DNA of 20,000 bases from an uncultured virus (IMG/VR IMGVR_UViG_3300026963_000002). Its lineage: Duplodnaviria; Heunggongvirae; Uroviricota; Caudoviricetes; Thumleimavirales; Hafunaviridae. The notes under the pieces were generated by a model that saw only the letters and a program-made list of their open reading frames with translations, searched no databases and had not been told where the DNA came from. Each line of letters opens with the position of its first letter. Positions within the stretch are counted from its first letter, which is position 1. Positions 7,968-17,484 of this stretch are shown here, piece after piece. A program made the translations under genes and the position numbers. Location of the stretch: the IMG/VR virus record IMGVR_UViG_3300026963_000002; one strand, written 5' to 3'.

Positions 7968-10274
7968 ATGTCCGTAGTCACAACTGAAAAAGACGAAACC
8001 GAACAGACTCTCGAAACCCCGATCAAGACCGTTGATGAATCTCTCACCGTAGAGGAGCGCCTGACCGACAACGCCGCCTACGGTATTCTCCCGGCTCGCT
8101 ATCTCCGCAAGGACAAGGACGGCGAGACGACCGAGGAGATCGCGGAGATGTTCACCCGTGTCGCTGAGAACGTCGCCGGAGCTGAAGACGTCGAGGACTT
8201 CCAGAAGTGGGCCGACGAGTTCTACAAGCAAATGAGCGAGCTTCGGTTCATGCCAAACAGCCCCGCGCTGATGAACGCGGGAACCGACATGAACCAGCTC
8301 TCGGCGTGCTTCGTGCTGGAACCCCGCGACGATATGGAGGATATTTTCGAGACGGCTAAGCAGGCCGCGCTGACGTTCCAGAGCGGCGGCGGCGTCGGCT
8401 ATGCCTTCTCCCACCTCCGACCTCGGGGCGCGTTCATCAACTCCACGGGCGGCGAAGCGAGCGGCCCTGTGAGCTTCATGCGGGTCTTCGATGAGACGTG
8501 TAATCAGGTGAAGCAGGGCGGCAAGCGACGGGGCGCTCAGATGGGTATTCTCCGCGCTGACCACCCCGATATTGGGCGCTTCATCGTGGCGAAGCGGAAC
8601 GAGGGCGAGTTTGCGAACTTCAACATCTCGGTCGCTACGACGGACAACTTCATCGAGGCAGTTGAGGCTCAGGACACCTACACTCTCTACGACCCCGAGA
8701 CGGACTACACGGAGCCGTACACCGTCCGAGACGAGTCCGCGTACTTCTACTCTCCCGAGTATCAGGACAACCCGCGCTCGGCGTTTGACGACGGCGAGGG
8801 AGCTATCGTAGAGGAGAACCTGTGGCGGGACTACGCCGACGAGATCGAGTGTGAGCTGTACGGCGAGCGCGTGACTCTCCGCGAGAAGTGGGAGGGCCAC
8901 GAGGGTCTACGCATCGAAGTGGGTGAGCCGATGGAGCTTCCCGCCGCGTTCATTTGGGACGTGATGATCGACGGGGCATGGCGCAACGGCGAGCCGGGCC
9001 TGTTCAACTTCGAGGAGTCGAACCGCCAGCACTCCTTCGACGTGGAGAAGCACCCGGAGTACCAGATGAACGCGACTAACCCCTGCGCCGAGCAGATGCT
9101 CGTCGAGTACGAGGCGTGCAACCTCGGCCACATCAACCTCTCGCTGATGCTTTCGGAAGATGCGATTCCGTTCGATGAGTACCGGAAGGTCGTTCACCAC
9201 CGCACTCCCCCGGCTCAGGTCGTGGAGGACTACTTTGAGAACTCGATGGATTTCTCGAACTTTGATCGAACCATCGAGGCGGGTGTCCGATTCCTCGATA
9301 ACGTGGTCACGCAGTCCGACTTCCCCATCCCCGAGATCACCGAGCAGGTGAACGAAATGCGGAAGATTGGACTCGGTATCATGGGCTTCGCGCAGATGCT
9401 TTTCCAGATGGGGATTCCCTACGGGACTCCTGAATCATACGAGATGGCTCGGTGTGTCATGCGGTACATCGACCGGAAGGGAACGTGGGCGTCCCACAAC
9501 CTCGCTATGGAGCGCGGCGTGTTCGATGCGTGGGACAAGTCGAAGTACGCGACTCCGAAGGAGTACCCGGAGTGGTTCGCGGCCCGCACCGGCCTTGACC
9601 CGAACGACTGGTCGGACGGTTTTCCCATCCGCAATCACAACATCACGACTATCGCGCCGACCGGGACGACCTCGATGATCGGGAACACGACGGGCGGGTG
9701 TGAGCCTGCCTACAACGTGGCGAACTTCAAGAACGTCGGGGAGGACATTCAGGGCGACGACCTGCTCGTGGAGTTTGACGACTACTTCCTTCGGACGCTC
9801 GAAGCCAGCGGCATCGACGTGGAGGCCGTGAAGGAGGAAGCGGAGACGCTGATGCGGAACAACGAGTTCGACGGCGTTGACGACCTCTCGATTCCCGAGG
9901 GTATCAAGGAGATTTTCGTCACGACGCAGGACTTGTCCTCTGAACAGCACGGGCTGATGCAGAGAGCGTTCCAAGAGTTCTGCGACTCAGGCATCAGCAA
10001 GACGGTCAACCTCCCGAACGAGGCCACGCACGACGACGTGAGCAACGCCTACCGTCTCGCCCTCGATGCGGAGAAGCGCGGCGCGGTTATCAAGGGCCTC
10101 ACCGTGTACCGGGACGGCTCTCGGGACGAGCAGGTGCTTACGACCCGCGTTGACAACAAGCTGGACGACGACGAGGACGAGTCGAACCTCTGCCCCGACT
10201 GCGGGGAAGCCGAGATCGAGGATACCGAGGACTGTGCGGTGTGTCCTGAGTGCTTCTACTCGCCGTGTAAGTAG
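7968..10274 (+). CDS. nrdJ: Class II (adenosylcobalamin-dependent) ribonucleotide reductase
   Basis: MPNSP.LMNAG, QLSACFV, SGGGVG, QGGKRRGAQM, catalytic TNPCAEQ, ACNLGHINL, IGLGIMG, TIAPTGT, ISKTVN, KGLTVYRDGSR and a C-terminal CPDCG...CPEC.YSPC tail; no ATP cone or intein seen. Confidence 0.95.
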   Translation: MSVVTTEKDETEQTLETPIKTVDESLTVEERLTDNAAYGILPARYLRKDKDGETTEEIAEMFTRVAENVAGAEDVEDFQKWADEFYKQMSELRFMPNSPALMNAGTDMNQLSACFVLEPRDDMEDIFETAKQAALTFQSGGGVGYAFSHLRPRGAFINSTGGEASGPVSFMRVFDETCNQVKQGGKRRGAQMGILRADHPDIGRFIVAKRNEGEFANFNISVATTDNFIEAVEAQDTYTLYDPETDYTEPYTVRDESAYFYSPEYQDNPRSAFDDGEGAIVEENLWRDYADEIECELYGERVTLREKWEGHEGLRIEVGEPMELPAAFIWDVMIDGAWRNGEPGLFNFEESNRQHSFDVEKHPEYQMNATNPCAEQMLVEYEACNLGHINLSLMLSEDAIPFDEYRKVVHHRTPPAQVVEDYFENSMDFSNFDRTIEAGVRFLDNVVTQSDFPIPEITEQVNEMRKIGLGIMGFAQMLFQMGIPYGTPESYEMARCVMRYIDRKGTWASHNLAMERGVFDAWDKSKYATPKEYPEWFAARTGLDPNDWSDGFPIRNHNITTIAPTGTTSMIGNTTGGCEPAYNVANFKNVGEDIQGDDLLVEFDDYFLRTLEASGIDVEAVKEEAETLMRNNEFDGVDDLSIPEGIKEIFVTTQDLSSEQHGLMQRAFQEFCDSGISKTVNLPNEATHDDVSNAYRLALDAEKRGAVIKGLTVYRDGSRDEQVLTTRVDNKLDDDEDESNLCPDCGEAEIEDTEDCAVCPECFYSPCK

Positions 10275-10316
10275 GCAGGCGAGACATTATGTGGAGTAGG
10301 GCACAAGTTTGTCCCA

Positions 10317-11987
10317 ATGCCCTGTTCGACCTGTGGCACTCCCCTACTGGTTGGTCACAAATTCAATAGCCTCTATTGTCCGAACTGTCTGGATTTGGGT
10401 GTAGTTGACCCTGAGAGCGTTCAGGAACAGATAGACCAGACTCGTCAGATTGTTAGTGAAGATCGGGCTATGACGATGTTGAGTGAGTACGATAAGAACC
10501 ACCTGATACTCCTCCTGATTGACGAGCTAAATCGAATATCTCACTCGTTCTATGAACGGTTTGACTCTGAACTGCCTGTGCGGAAGTTCGCCTATACGAG
10601 TTATCTCCTAAAATTGGTCTACGAGCGCGACGATTTCGGGGACAAGCAGTTCGAGTATCAGGAAGACGGTCTACCCGAGACGATAGGACTTCTCTACGAC
10701 CTCATCGACAAAGTTTACAGAAAATTAGATCAAGTTGAGGACAGGTTCGTTTACGCTGTCGAGGCTCAAGTAGAGCCGCACAACCCCAAACCGTTCGTTG
10801 GTGAACACGTATTCTTCGATTCGGAATATAGATACTGTTTCATCCGATGCTTGGACAGTCTTGCTGGCGGGAGTAAGGAGGGTATCGAATTTTTCTACCG
10901 GGCGCACGAGGAAGCTCGGAGCTTCGAGAAGACAGATGTTGACGATATAGATTCTTTACAGGAGTTCACAAGCACGTTTTTTGAGATCATCGTCACGATG
11001 GCGTTCATGCTCTCCACGGACAAGACGCTCAATGAAATCTACCATAAATCGCTACCTGACAGCGTTGATGCCTTCGATCTCAAAGGGTTCTTAGATTGTA
11101 TTGATTCTCAGTTCACCGATGAAGGGATAGCACACATCGACGAAACGGGGACTCTCCCGGTCGCCGCTGAAGAAGGAGTAAATCATTGCGGAGAGAACGT
11201 CTTTGGCGATGATTGGGGGCAGGTCAAAGAAAGTCTCCTCGTGAGCGAGAGTAATGTAGATGCTCACCCCTTCCTTTTCAAGATTATTCGTGAACACGTC
11301 ATTACGCAGGATGCTGGAAGGCCACCCGTTACGAAGGATGAACCCGTTATCCTCTATCCAAGATACTACAATCAGCTCATCAGGTTCCAACTGTTCCCCC
11401 TGTTGGAGAACGGGGATTCTCCAAGTGGTCAAGACCTATTAGAAGATGAGTGCGATAGTCGTGGAGAACAGTTCGAGTATAACCTCTATGAATTTCTGAG
11501 AAACGATGGCTACGAGTGCTATTACAGCTCGTGGTTCACAAAATCAGACCAACGTGAGATCGACCTCATTGTGGTCAACCAATCGGATGAAGAACTCTGG
11601 TTTATCGAGTGTAAATTCCTCCTTCCAGAAACGCATATGCGCTCAGCGAGCGGAGTAATCCGTCTCAATCAGAAATTCGATTCCAAGGTCTACAAAGAAG
11701 ATACCGAGCATTACGATGCCGAGTCGGGAGAGCCATTCCCTGAGAAGGTAGAAACGTGGTTGGATGAAAAGCCGGGAGACACCTTCTTGTCCCACCTTGA
11801 CCGGGACGGCGAAGATCGAGTAGAACAGCAATTTGCGGAGGAATGGACTGACCTCGATGTGAGGATGTTCGTAGTTTCAAATGTCGTTCCATCCTACATC
11901 GAAAAGGGGGGTGTAGAGTTCTTGACCGACGTAGAATTTATTGAGATGCTGGAAGGAGAACTGCCTGTTTATACGCCCAAATCTTGA
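10317..11987 (+). CDS. Protein with N-terminal Zn-ribbon and C-terminal PD-(D/E)xK nuclease-like domain
   Basis: CSTC...CPNC at the N-terminus; RGEQFE...EIDLIVV...LWFIECK at about 11460-11615. Confidence 0.7.
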   Translation: MPCSTCGTPLLVGHKFNSLYCPNCLDLGVVDPESVQEQIDQTRQIVSEDRAMTMLSEYDKNHLILLLIDELNRISHSFYERFDSELPVRKFAYTSYLLKLVYERDDFGDKQFEYQEDGLPETIGLLYDLIDKVYRKLDQVEDRFVYAVEAQVEPHNPKPFVGEHVFFDSEYRYCFIRCLDSLAGGSKEGIEFFYRAHEEARSFEKTDVDDIDSLQEFTSTFFEIIVTMAFMLSTDKTLNEIYHKSLPDSVDAFDLKGFLDCIDSQFTDEGIAHIDETGTLPVAAEEGVNHCGENVFGDDWGQVKESLLVSESNVDAHPFLFKIIREHVITQDAGRPPVTKDEPVILYPRYYNQLIRFQLFPLLENGDSPSGQDLLEDECDSRGEQFEYNLYEFLRNDGYECYYSSWFTKSDQREIDLIVVNQSDEELWFIECKFLLPETHMRSASGVIRLNQKFDSKVYKEDTEHYDAESGEPFPEKVETWLDEKPGDTFLSHLDRDGEDRVEQQFAEEWTDLDVRMFVVSNVVPSYIEKGGVEFLTDVEFIEMLEGELPVYTPKS

Positions 11988-12514
11988 ATCACAGTCAATA
12001 GGTCGTCTAATGCTCTCTGTGCGGCATCTGAACTCTCACACCCGGTTAGTACGACCTTTCCACTACCGAAGATCAGGATAACGCATTCGTGCCTCTCAGG
12101 TCTGTAAATCAAGCCGGGAAATTGCTCCGGCTCGTACTCAGTCCGGTCTAACCCCAACTGGATGGCGACCGCGTTGAGGTTCTGCTCGCTTTCAAGTGTC
12201 CCCGTACATACGACGTTCTATATCGAGAACCCCGTATCCTCGGGTGATTCGATTGCCCCGAGGTCGGCAAGTTGTGAAAGGAGGAAGTCCCGAGCGGCGT
12301 AGATTTCATCAACGTTGTCGGCCCCGTAGATGATGAACTTGCCCGTTCGGTAGACTGTGATGGTGGGCTTGTCCTCGAAGCGGAGGTACATCCCCGGATA
12401 ATTCTCAGGGTCGTATTCGGCTTCGCTACCGATCTCGGAGCTGAGTTCTTCCAAGGCGAACTCAGAACTAACCGCACCTGACCCGACGACATTGACGATT
12501 GTTACCTCATTCAT
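11969..12514 (-). pseudogene. tbp: TATA-box binding protein homologue (181 codons) interrupted by an in-frame TAG at 12218-12220
   Basis: Repeat 1: IVNVVGS...EYDPENYPGM...YRTGK.II.GA. After the stop, in the same frame, repeat 2: NVVCT...[14 protein letters not shown]...IFGSGKVVLTG. The TAG occupies the conserved Gln of IQNxV. Confidence 0.85.
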
Positions 12515-12530
12515 TCAAAAGACGGCCTGT

Positions 12531-15500
12531 TTAGAAGACTTCCATATATTCGTCTACAACTTCTCTCTCCTCGTCCGTCAGTCCGAAGATGTCGTACACC
12601 ACACTATCGATCTCATCTTCTAATTCGTCAATACTCGCACTCTCAATGGTATCACGGTCTTCTTCAAACGACTCGATGAGCTGTTCCACTCCCCGCCGAG
12701 TCTGTGGTATCGGAATCGTCTGTTCTTCTCCCTTCTTCATATTCCGACCGTCAACGGCGGCGTGAACGTACTTCGCGCGGAGCTTCCGCACCTCACGGCT
12801 ACCTGAGTCCATCACCGGGTCGCTGATTTCGTCCGAACGACCAGCAGTTACGGCAAACCGACCATCCGATTTCTCCTGAATATCCGCGTTGACCGGGTAT
12901 CTACGCGACTGCCATTCATAATTGATGTAATCGAGGTTCCCGTCGTACTCTCCAAGATAAGCCTCAGGGAATCTATCAATCCGATTCTCCGTATCGAACG
13001 TGGTCACTATATCCGAAAGGGTACTGTTGATACTCTCTCGCTGGCTGTCGCTCCCCCACGAAACTGGTAGCGGTTCAAGATAGTGAGAGGTGTATTTGTA
13101 GTATCCTCCCATCTTGATGCTCGTAATGTGCTTGAGGTAGAAGTCAAGGACATTTGAGTTTAGGAGCGCGGCGAATGTCTCAGTTCGATTCTGATATTTC
13201 GGCTCCAACTGGACACCGTACCCTGCCTTGAAGTACCACGTCCCTCTCTCATCCAGCATAAACGTAGCTTCACCAGCTATCTCAGCTCCGATTAGCTTCG
13301 GCTTCTCAAACCGTTCCATGCTTTTGGGATAGCCGAAGGCATACCAATCGTCGCGCCCTTCCCACTTCCCACCTTCACGCCCTTCTAAGGTTTCCTTGTG
13401 GGACTCGAAGTAATCCCACGAGAGCGGAAGCTCATCTCTGATATAGTCCTCAGGGATGAGTTCAACATCTCCATCGTCAGTCTCTCGATATGGAGAAATA
13501 ACGTGCTGTCCCGACCAGTCACCTCTCCAGCGTTCTATATCTCGTCCCTGCAACCACGGCTTTAGGAGGTCTGTCTCGATCTCGTATTCCTTCTCCTCTC
13601 CCTGTGGAATGACTCTGACTACATCTCCCGTTTCATCGGCCTCAATCCTATCTGCGTTGACCGGGACAACGACGAAGACCTTGTTCGCGCTTGTCTGTGT
13701 TCCCGCGAAAGCGGAATCCACGACTTCCTCAAGGGTAGAATCGCAGTTCTCGTCGAGCTTATTCAGAATCTTTCGCTCATCTGGAGGACAGAGAGGCCAG
13801 TAGCTTTCATCCAGCTCAGACTGAGGATAGTCAAATACGTCAATATAATCGTCGCTGTAACCCGGTTCGTCTCGGTGATCGCGGACTGCCTCGATGATTT
13901 CTTCGTCTACTGAAGGCCCACTATCTTCATCCACGTTCCCTTTGACTCGGACGCACCGAATCTCGTTGTTCTCTCGAATGTCCTCATCCGGCTCATCTTC
14001 CGCAATTACGATAGCCGGGTAGTTCGTGGCGTCCTCGAATACGCCTGAATCACGGAAGTCGTAGATTTCATCGAGTCGGGAGTCTCGAAGCAGGACACGA
14101 CGAATCCCCTCCCCGTAGTCCGTGACCATAAACTGATTCGGTGTAATGTAACCGAGTTTCCCGTTTCCGTCCTTCAGGAAATCAAGCCCACGTTCGTAGA
14201 AGGGGCAGTAGAGATCGTAATTCTTCGTGGTGGAATCATACAGTTGCTCTAACATCGCCTTCTGCTGGTCGGGGAGGTGCTGGATACGAACGTAGGGGGG
14301 ATTCCCAACCACGTAGTCGTAGTCCATATAGTTCTTGACGACCAGCGCGAGAACGGTGTCCTCGAAGATTTTGAACAGGCGACCGTCGCCGTGTTCCTCA
14401 CGGAGATACTGAACCGTATTCAGAATATCGTCCACGTAGGGAGCGAAGAACTCCTCGATGCCATCGTACTCTTGGTTAGTGTAGCGGTAGATTCCCTGTT
14501 CAAGACCACCGCTGTATTCCCACGTTTCCTCCTCCATATACCACTTCACAACGTCGAGAACACCTTGTAGCGCCGCGAAGTATTCCCCGAAGTTGTGGAT
14601 GCTGGCGTTCAAGCGAGCTGTATCGTACAACGGCATCCGAACCCGCTGAACGAGGAACCCATCCTCAGTCTCCTCTACTTCGTCTTCATCGACCTCCACG
14701 GGAAGCGGGACTGGAATCTTCACGTCCTGATTGTCGTCCGTCACCCCATCGAGGGTCATTTGCTTCTGTCCGTCGTTCCCAAGGTCGATACCTGTCAGTT
14801 CACGCTCGTTCCGAAGCGTGTCTGTTCGGTAGATTGGGAGCCGACGAATGGTGAAGTCGCGGTTTTCCTCTTTCGCATCCCGGTACTCGGGGAGGATAGC
14901 GACCATAAACCGAATCTGTGCCATCAGGACGGCGAACGGGTGAATATCAAGGCCGACGATGTGGGGAGTCGTACAGAGGTCGGTGAGGTGTTCCTCCCAA
15001 TTGGGGTCGTCATTATACCTCCTTACGTCCTCGATGTACCGATTCACGGCTTCCACGAGGAACGTCCCCGACCCACAGGAGGGGTCAATAAGCCGCTCAC
15101 CAGAGACGCCGACGTTGTAATCAACGCCGTCCATAATGTAGTCGATGACCGGCTGTGGGGTGTAGAACTCCCCGAGAGCTTTGCGTGTCTCCGGGTCGAA
15201 GTAGTGCTGGTAGAGATCGCCCAAGAGGTCGCCCTCAATTTCCTTGAAGTCGAACTTCAGGACGGAGAAGAAGACGTGGGCAATTGCCCGGCTGAATCGG
15301 TCACGGGTCGCCGGACTAATTTTTGTGACCTCACCAGTCCCCTTCGCTACGTCTTGGAACTGACTGGCCCTCGATGCGTGGGAACGGGTCATTTGCTCCG
15401 CGAAGCCGTCAGTCCACCAGATGAAAATGTCGTCCTCGAAAAGGCTCTGAACGAGGTGTTCTTCCATATCCTCAATCAGCCCGTTTGCGGCGACGGGGTA

Positions 15501-16397
15501 GGCATCGAGGCTGATGTTATCCCCGAACCCTTCGAGTCCCCGGAAGTATTCGCTCATCCCTCCGTAGGCGGTGTTTCGGAAGAAATCGTGATCTTCCGTC
15601 GCTTTGGCAAGTAAGAGTCGAGCAAGAAGCGCGTGACCGCTCTCCAGACAGAACATAAAGTCTCGAAGCGACTGCTTCCCTCCGATGAATGGCTCCCACG
15701 AGTCAGGAGTCTCATCGGGTTCGCTGGCGTAGCTGGCTTCCCAAAAGTCATAGGCCCCCTTCACGAACTTCGCTTCCTGTTCGTCGCGGAGTTCTTCGAG
15801 TAAGTCCATCAACGCCGTGATGAGATCAGCGAAGGGGCTGTTCTCCTCTAACCGGAAGGTGTCGAAGAAGTGTTCCCGACCGAGTTCCGTATCAAGTTCC
15901 ACTTCATCGAGTCCAGAGAGAAAATCGTTCACACTCTGTGGGTCGGTAATGTCCCATTCGGGCTTTTCGAGAGCGTGACCAATATCGGCGGCGTCACTCT
16001 CGGTGGCCTCGCTAAGAGCGAATCCAGCCATTCGAGTATGGCCGTCTCGCCTATACAGTCGGAACTCCTGTCCGTTGGTCAGCACACCGTAGTCGGCTTT
16101 CAGCTCATCGACGTAGTGGAACAGTTGGTCTTCGTGGGGGGTGAGATCGCGTCCGGTAGTTTTGAACTCATAAACGACGGTGACTGACTCGTTGTTGTCG
16201 AGGGTAACGTAGTCGGGTCGCCGGTCGTCGGGGAGCGTCCACTCACTACGGAGGTCGTGGCCTGTTCCTTCGTATCCGAGATGCGTATAGAAATTCTCGT
16301 TGAGAAATGCGTTCTCAACGTCCTTCTCAGTCATATCCTCATCGAGCCGGGAGGCAATCCCGTGGAGGGCATCAAGAATCGCAGACGTGTCGGGCAT
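12531..16397 (-). CDS. Type IIG (Eco57I-like) fused restriction endonuclease / N6-adenine methyltransferase with TaqI-like specificity domain
   Basis: N-terminal RPDYV...YEFK..., GVLTNG nuclease; GEFYTP, DPSCGSGTFL (motif I), VGNPPY (motif IV); C-terminal LLNS...GGY TRD. The ATG at 16397 is preferred over the GTG at 16421 because a TTTTTAG box lies about 25-30 nt upstream. Confidence 0.9.
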   Translation of the reverse strand: MPDTSAILDALHGIASRLDEDMTEKDVENAFLNENFYTHLGYEGTGHDLRSEWTLPDDRRPDYVTLDNNESVTVVYEFKTTGRDLTPHEDQLFHYVDELKADYGVLTNGQEFRLYRRDGHTRMAGFALSEATESDAADIGHALEKPEWDITDPQSVNDFLSGLDEVELDTELGREHFFDTFRLEENSPFADLITALMDLLEELRDEQEAKFVKGAYDFWEASYASEPDETPDSWEPFIGGKQSLRDFMFCLESGHALLARLLLAKATEDHDFFRNTAYGGMSEYFRGLEGFGDNISLDAYPVAANGLIEDMEEHLVQSLFEDDIFIWWTDGFAEQMTRSHASRASQFQDVAKGTGEVTKISPATRDRFSRAIAHVFFSVLKFDFKEIEGDLLGDLYQHYFDPETRKALGEFYTPQPVIDYIMDGVDYNVGVSGERLIDPSCGSGTFLVEAVNRYIEDVRRYNDDPNWEEHLTDLCTTPHIVGLDIHPFAVLMAQIRFMVAILPEYRDAKEENRDFTIRRLPIYRTDTLRNERELTGIDLGNDGQKQMTLDGVTDDNQDVKIPVPLPVEVDEDEVEETEDGFLVQRVRMPLYDTARLNASIHNFGEYFAALQGVLDVVKWYMEEETWEYSGGLEQGIYRYTNQEYDGIEEFFAPYVDDILNTVQYLREEHGDGRLFKIFEDTVLALVVKNYMDYDYVVGNPPYVRIQHLPDQQKAMLEQLYDSTTKNYDLYCPFYERGLDFLKDGNGKLGYITPNQFMVTDYGEGIRRVLLRDSRLDEIYDFRDSGVFEDATNYPAIVIAEDEPDEDIRENNEIRCVRVKGNVDEDSGPSVDEEIIEAVRDHRDEPGYSDDYIDVFDYPQSELDESYWPLCPPDERKILNKLDENCDSTLEEVVDSAFAGTQTSANKVFVVVPVNADRIEADETGDVVRVIPQGEEKEYEIETDLLKPWLQGRDIERWRGDWSGQHVISPYRETDDGDVELIPEDYIRDELPLSWDYFESHKETLEGREGGKWEGRDDWYAFGYPKSMERFEKPKLIGAEIAGEATFMLDERGTWYFKAGYGVQLEPKYQNRTETFAALLNSNVLDFYLKHITSIKMGGYYKYTSHYLEPLPVSWGSDSQRESINSTLSDIVTTFDTENRIDRFPEAYLGEYDGNLDYINYEWQSRRYPVNADIQEKSDGRFAVTAGRSDEISDPVMDSGSREVRKLRAKYVHAAVDGRNMKKGEEQTIPIPQTRRGVEQLIESFEEDRDTIESASIDELEDEIDSVVYDIFGLTDEEREVVDEYMEVF

Positions 16398-16447
16398 AAC
16401 AAACCCGAGACAGTCGCACACTAAAAAGGTTGCATCAACCGGAGTAA

Positions 16448-16675
16448 CTACTCAATAGGTGGCCTGAGGTCACGCCACCGCAGGTCGATGGTTTCGCCCC
16501 CATCAAGTTCTACTCGAAAGAGCTGGCTGTCACGGTCGTCTCCGGTTACAGCTCCCGCGTCGTCTTGTAGAACGTCAACGATGGTTCCGTGTTCGCCGTG
16601 GTACTCCCTGTGGTCGGGGTCTGATTCGTCGGGGAGATCAACACGAACGCGGTCGCCCTCGATGAATTGTGGCAT
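16448..16675 (-). CDS. Small SH3/KOW-like beta-barrel protein
   Basis: F.EGDRVRV...HG.IVDV...FRVELD...RWRDLRP pattern; 75 aa. Confidence 0.65.
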   Translation of the reverse strand: MPQFIEGDRVRVDLPDESDPDHREYHGEHGTIVDVLQDDAGAVTGDDRDSQLFRVELDGGETIDLRWRDLRPPIE

Positions 16676-16679
16676 CCAC

Positions 16680-17186
16680 CTATCCCTGTAAGATTTCCAT
16701 AGACTCAGAATCCGAGTATCCGTGTTCGTTCCTGAGGTGTTCTAAGAAACTCTGAGGGCTGGTCGTGACGCCCGTTTTGTAGTAGTCGCAGTCCGGGCAG
16801 TCATACTCCGGTTCGAGGCCCATCTCCACTTCCTCGGGCTTCTCGGAGTCTCCCCCCTCGATGGACGGGTCACTCGGCCCGACCATTTCGAGATCGCCTA
16901 CGCCAAGCCGCTCGCCATACTGGGACTTTGCCCAGTCGTAAATGGCGTCTTCAAACTCATCGAACGCTTCATCGGAGTATTCCGTATCCGTGCTGTAAAA
17001 CTGAATCCACTCCTCTGCGTCAACGTCGAACCCTAATGCGTGGATTCCATCATCGCCAATAAATGAGATGATGAACGCTTCATCCGATTCTGGACGGATA
17101 CAATACTCCCGAGCCTGATCTTCCATACTGAGAACTTCACGCTTTGTTAGAGGACGCGACGGGAGGGAGTCTACTGTCTCGCTCAT
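16680..17186 (-). CDS. Hypothetical protein with C-terminal C2H2-type Zn finger (likely ATG start at 17186)
   Basis: CPDCDY-x11-EHLRNEH at the C-terminus; TTTTAT box about 27 nt upstream of 17186. Confidence 0.7.
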   Translation of the reverse strand: MSETVDSLPSRPLTKREVLSMEDQAREYCIRPESDEAFIISFIGDDGIHALGFDVDAEEWIQFYSTDTEYSDEAFDEFEDAIYDWAKSQYGERLGVGDLEMVGPSDPSIEGGDSEKPEEVEMGLEPEYDCPDCDYYKTGVTTSPQSFLEHLRNEHGYSDSESMEILQG

Positions 17187-17252
17187 TATAGCCAAGTGGT
17201 CGAATCAGGGGCATAAAACTGTTCGACCCGTCCAACCCCTCGATGCGTTGAG

Positions 17253-17441
17253 TCAGGAAAAGATTTCTTCGGGGGAGATGTTGCCGTTGAGGTGCTGTTG
17301 TTTCTCCCACTCTATCTCCCCTTCGACCTTGCCGAAGATTTCTGAGGCGATGGTTCGATCTTCGTAGTCGCGGTCGGGGTCGTCCTTGATTGCTTCCAGT
17401 TCGTGTTCCAAAAAGGCGAGTTGTTTGGGAGTGAACTGCAT
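17253..17441 (-). CDS. Small hypothetical protein (62 aa, helical)
   Basis: MQFTPKQLAFLEHELE...; strong TATA box upstream at the expected spacing. Confidence 0.6.
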   Translation of the reverse strand: MQFTPKQLAFLEHELEAIKDDPDRDYEDRTIASEIFGKVEGEIEWEKQQHLNGNISPEEIFS

Positions 17442-17463
17442 ATAAAGAACCACACCCCGTGGG

Positions 17464-17473
17464 TATATAAAAA
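17464..17473 (-). promoter_or_regulatory. TATA box (TTTTTATATA on the minus strand) for a leaderless transcript of the 62-aa ORF
   Basis: Lies 23-32 nt upstream of the ATG at 17441. Confidence 0.6.
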
Positions 17474-17484
17474 GTGGTGCTTAG

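Noticed and set aside
8660..8940. Intein or insertion element within nrdJ
   Set aside because: The extra ~90-aa segment lacks intein C/S...HN-C/S/T boundaries and homing-endonuclease motifs; likely a lineage-specific insertion.
12218..12220. Pyrrolysine recoding of the TBP amber codon
   Set aside because: Haloarchaea are not known to use pyrrolysine, many genes here end in TAG, and the position is a conserved Gln one transition away.
1306..15614. Long antisense ORFs (e.g. 1306-1998, 2330-3157, 7953-8900, 14595-15614)
   Set aside because: Shadow frames of well-supported genes in GC-rich DNA; Val/Arg/Leu-rich, non-halophilic composition.
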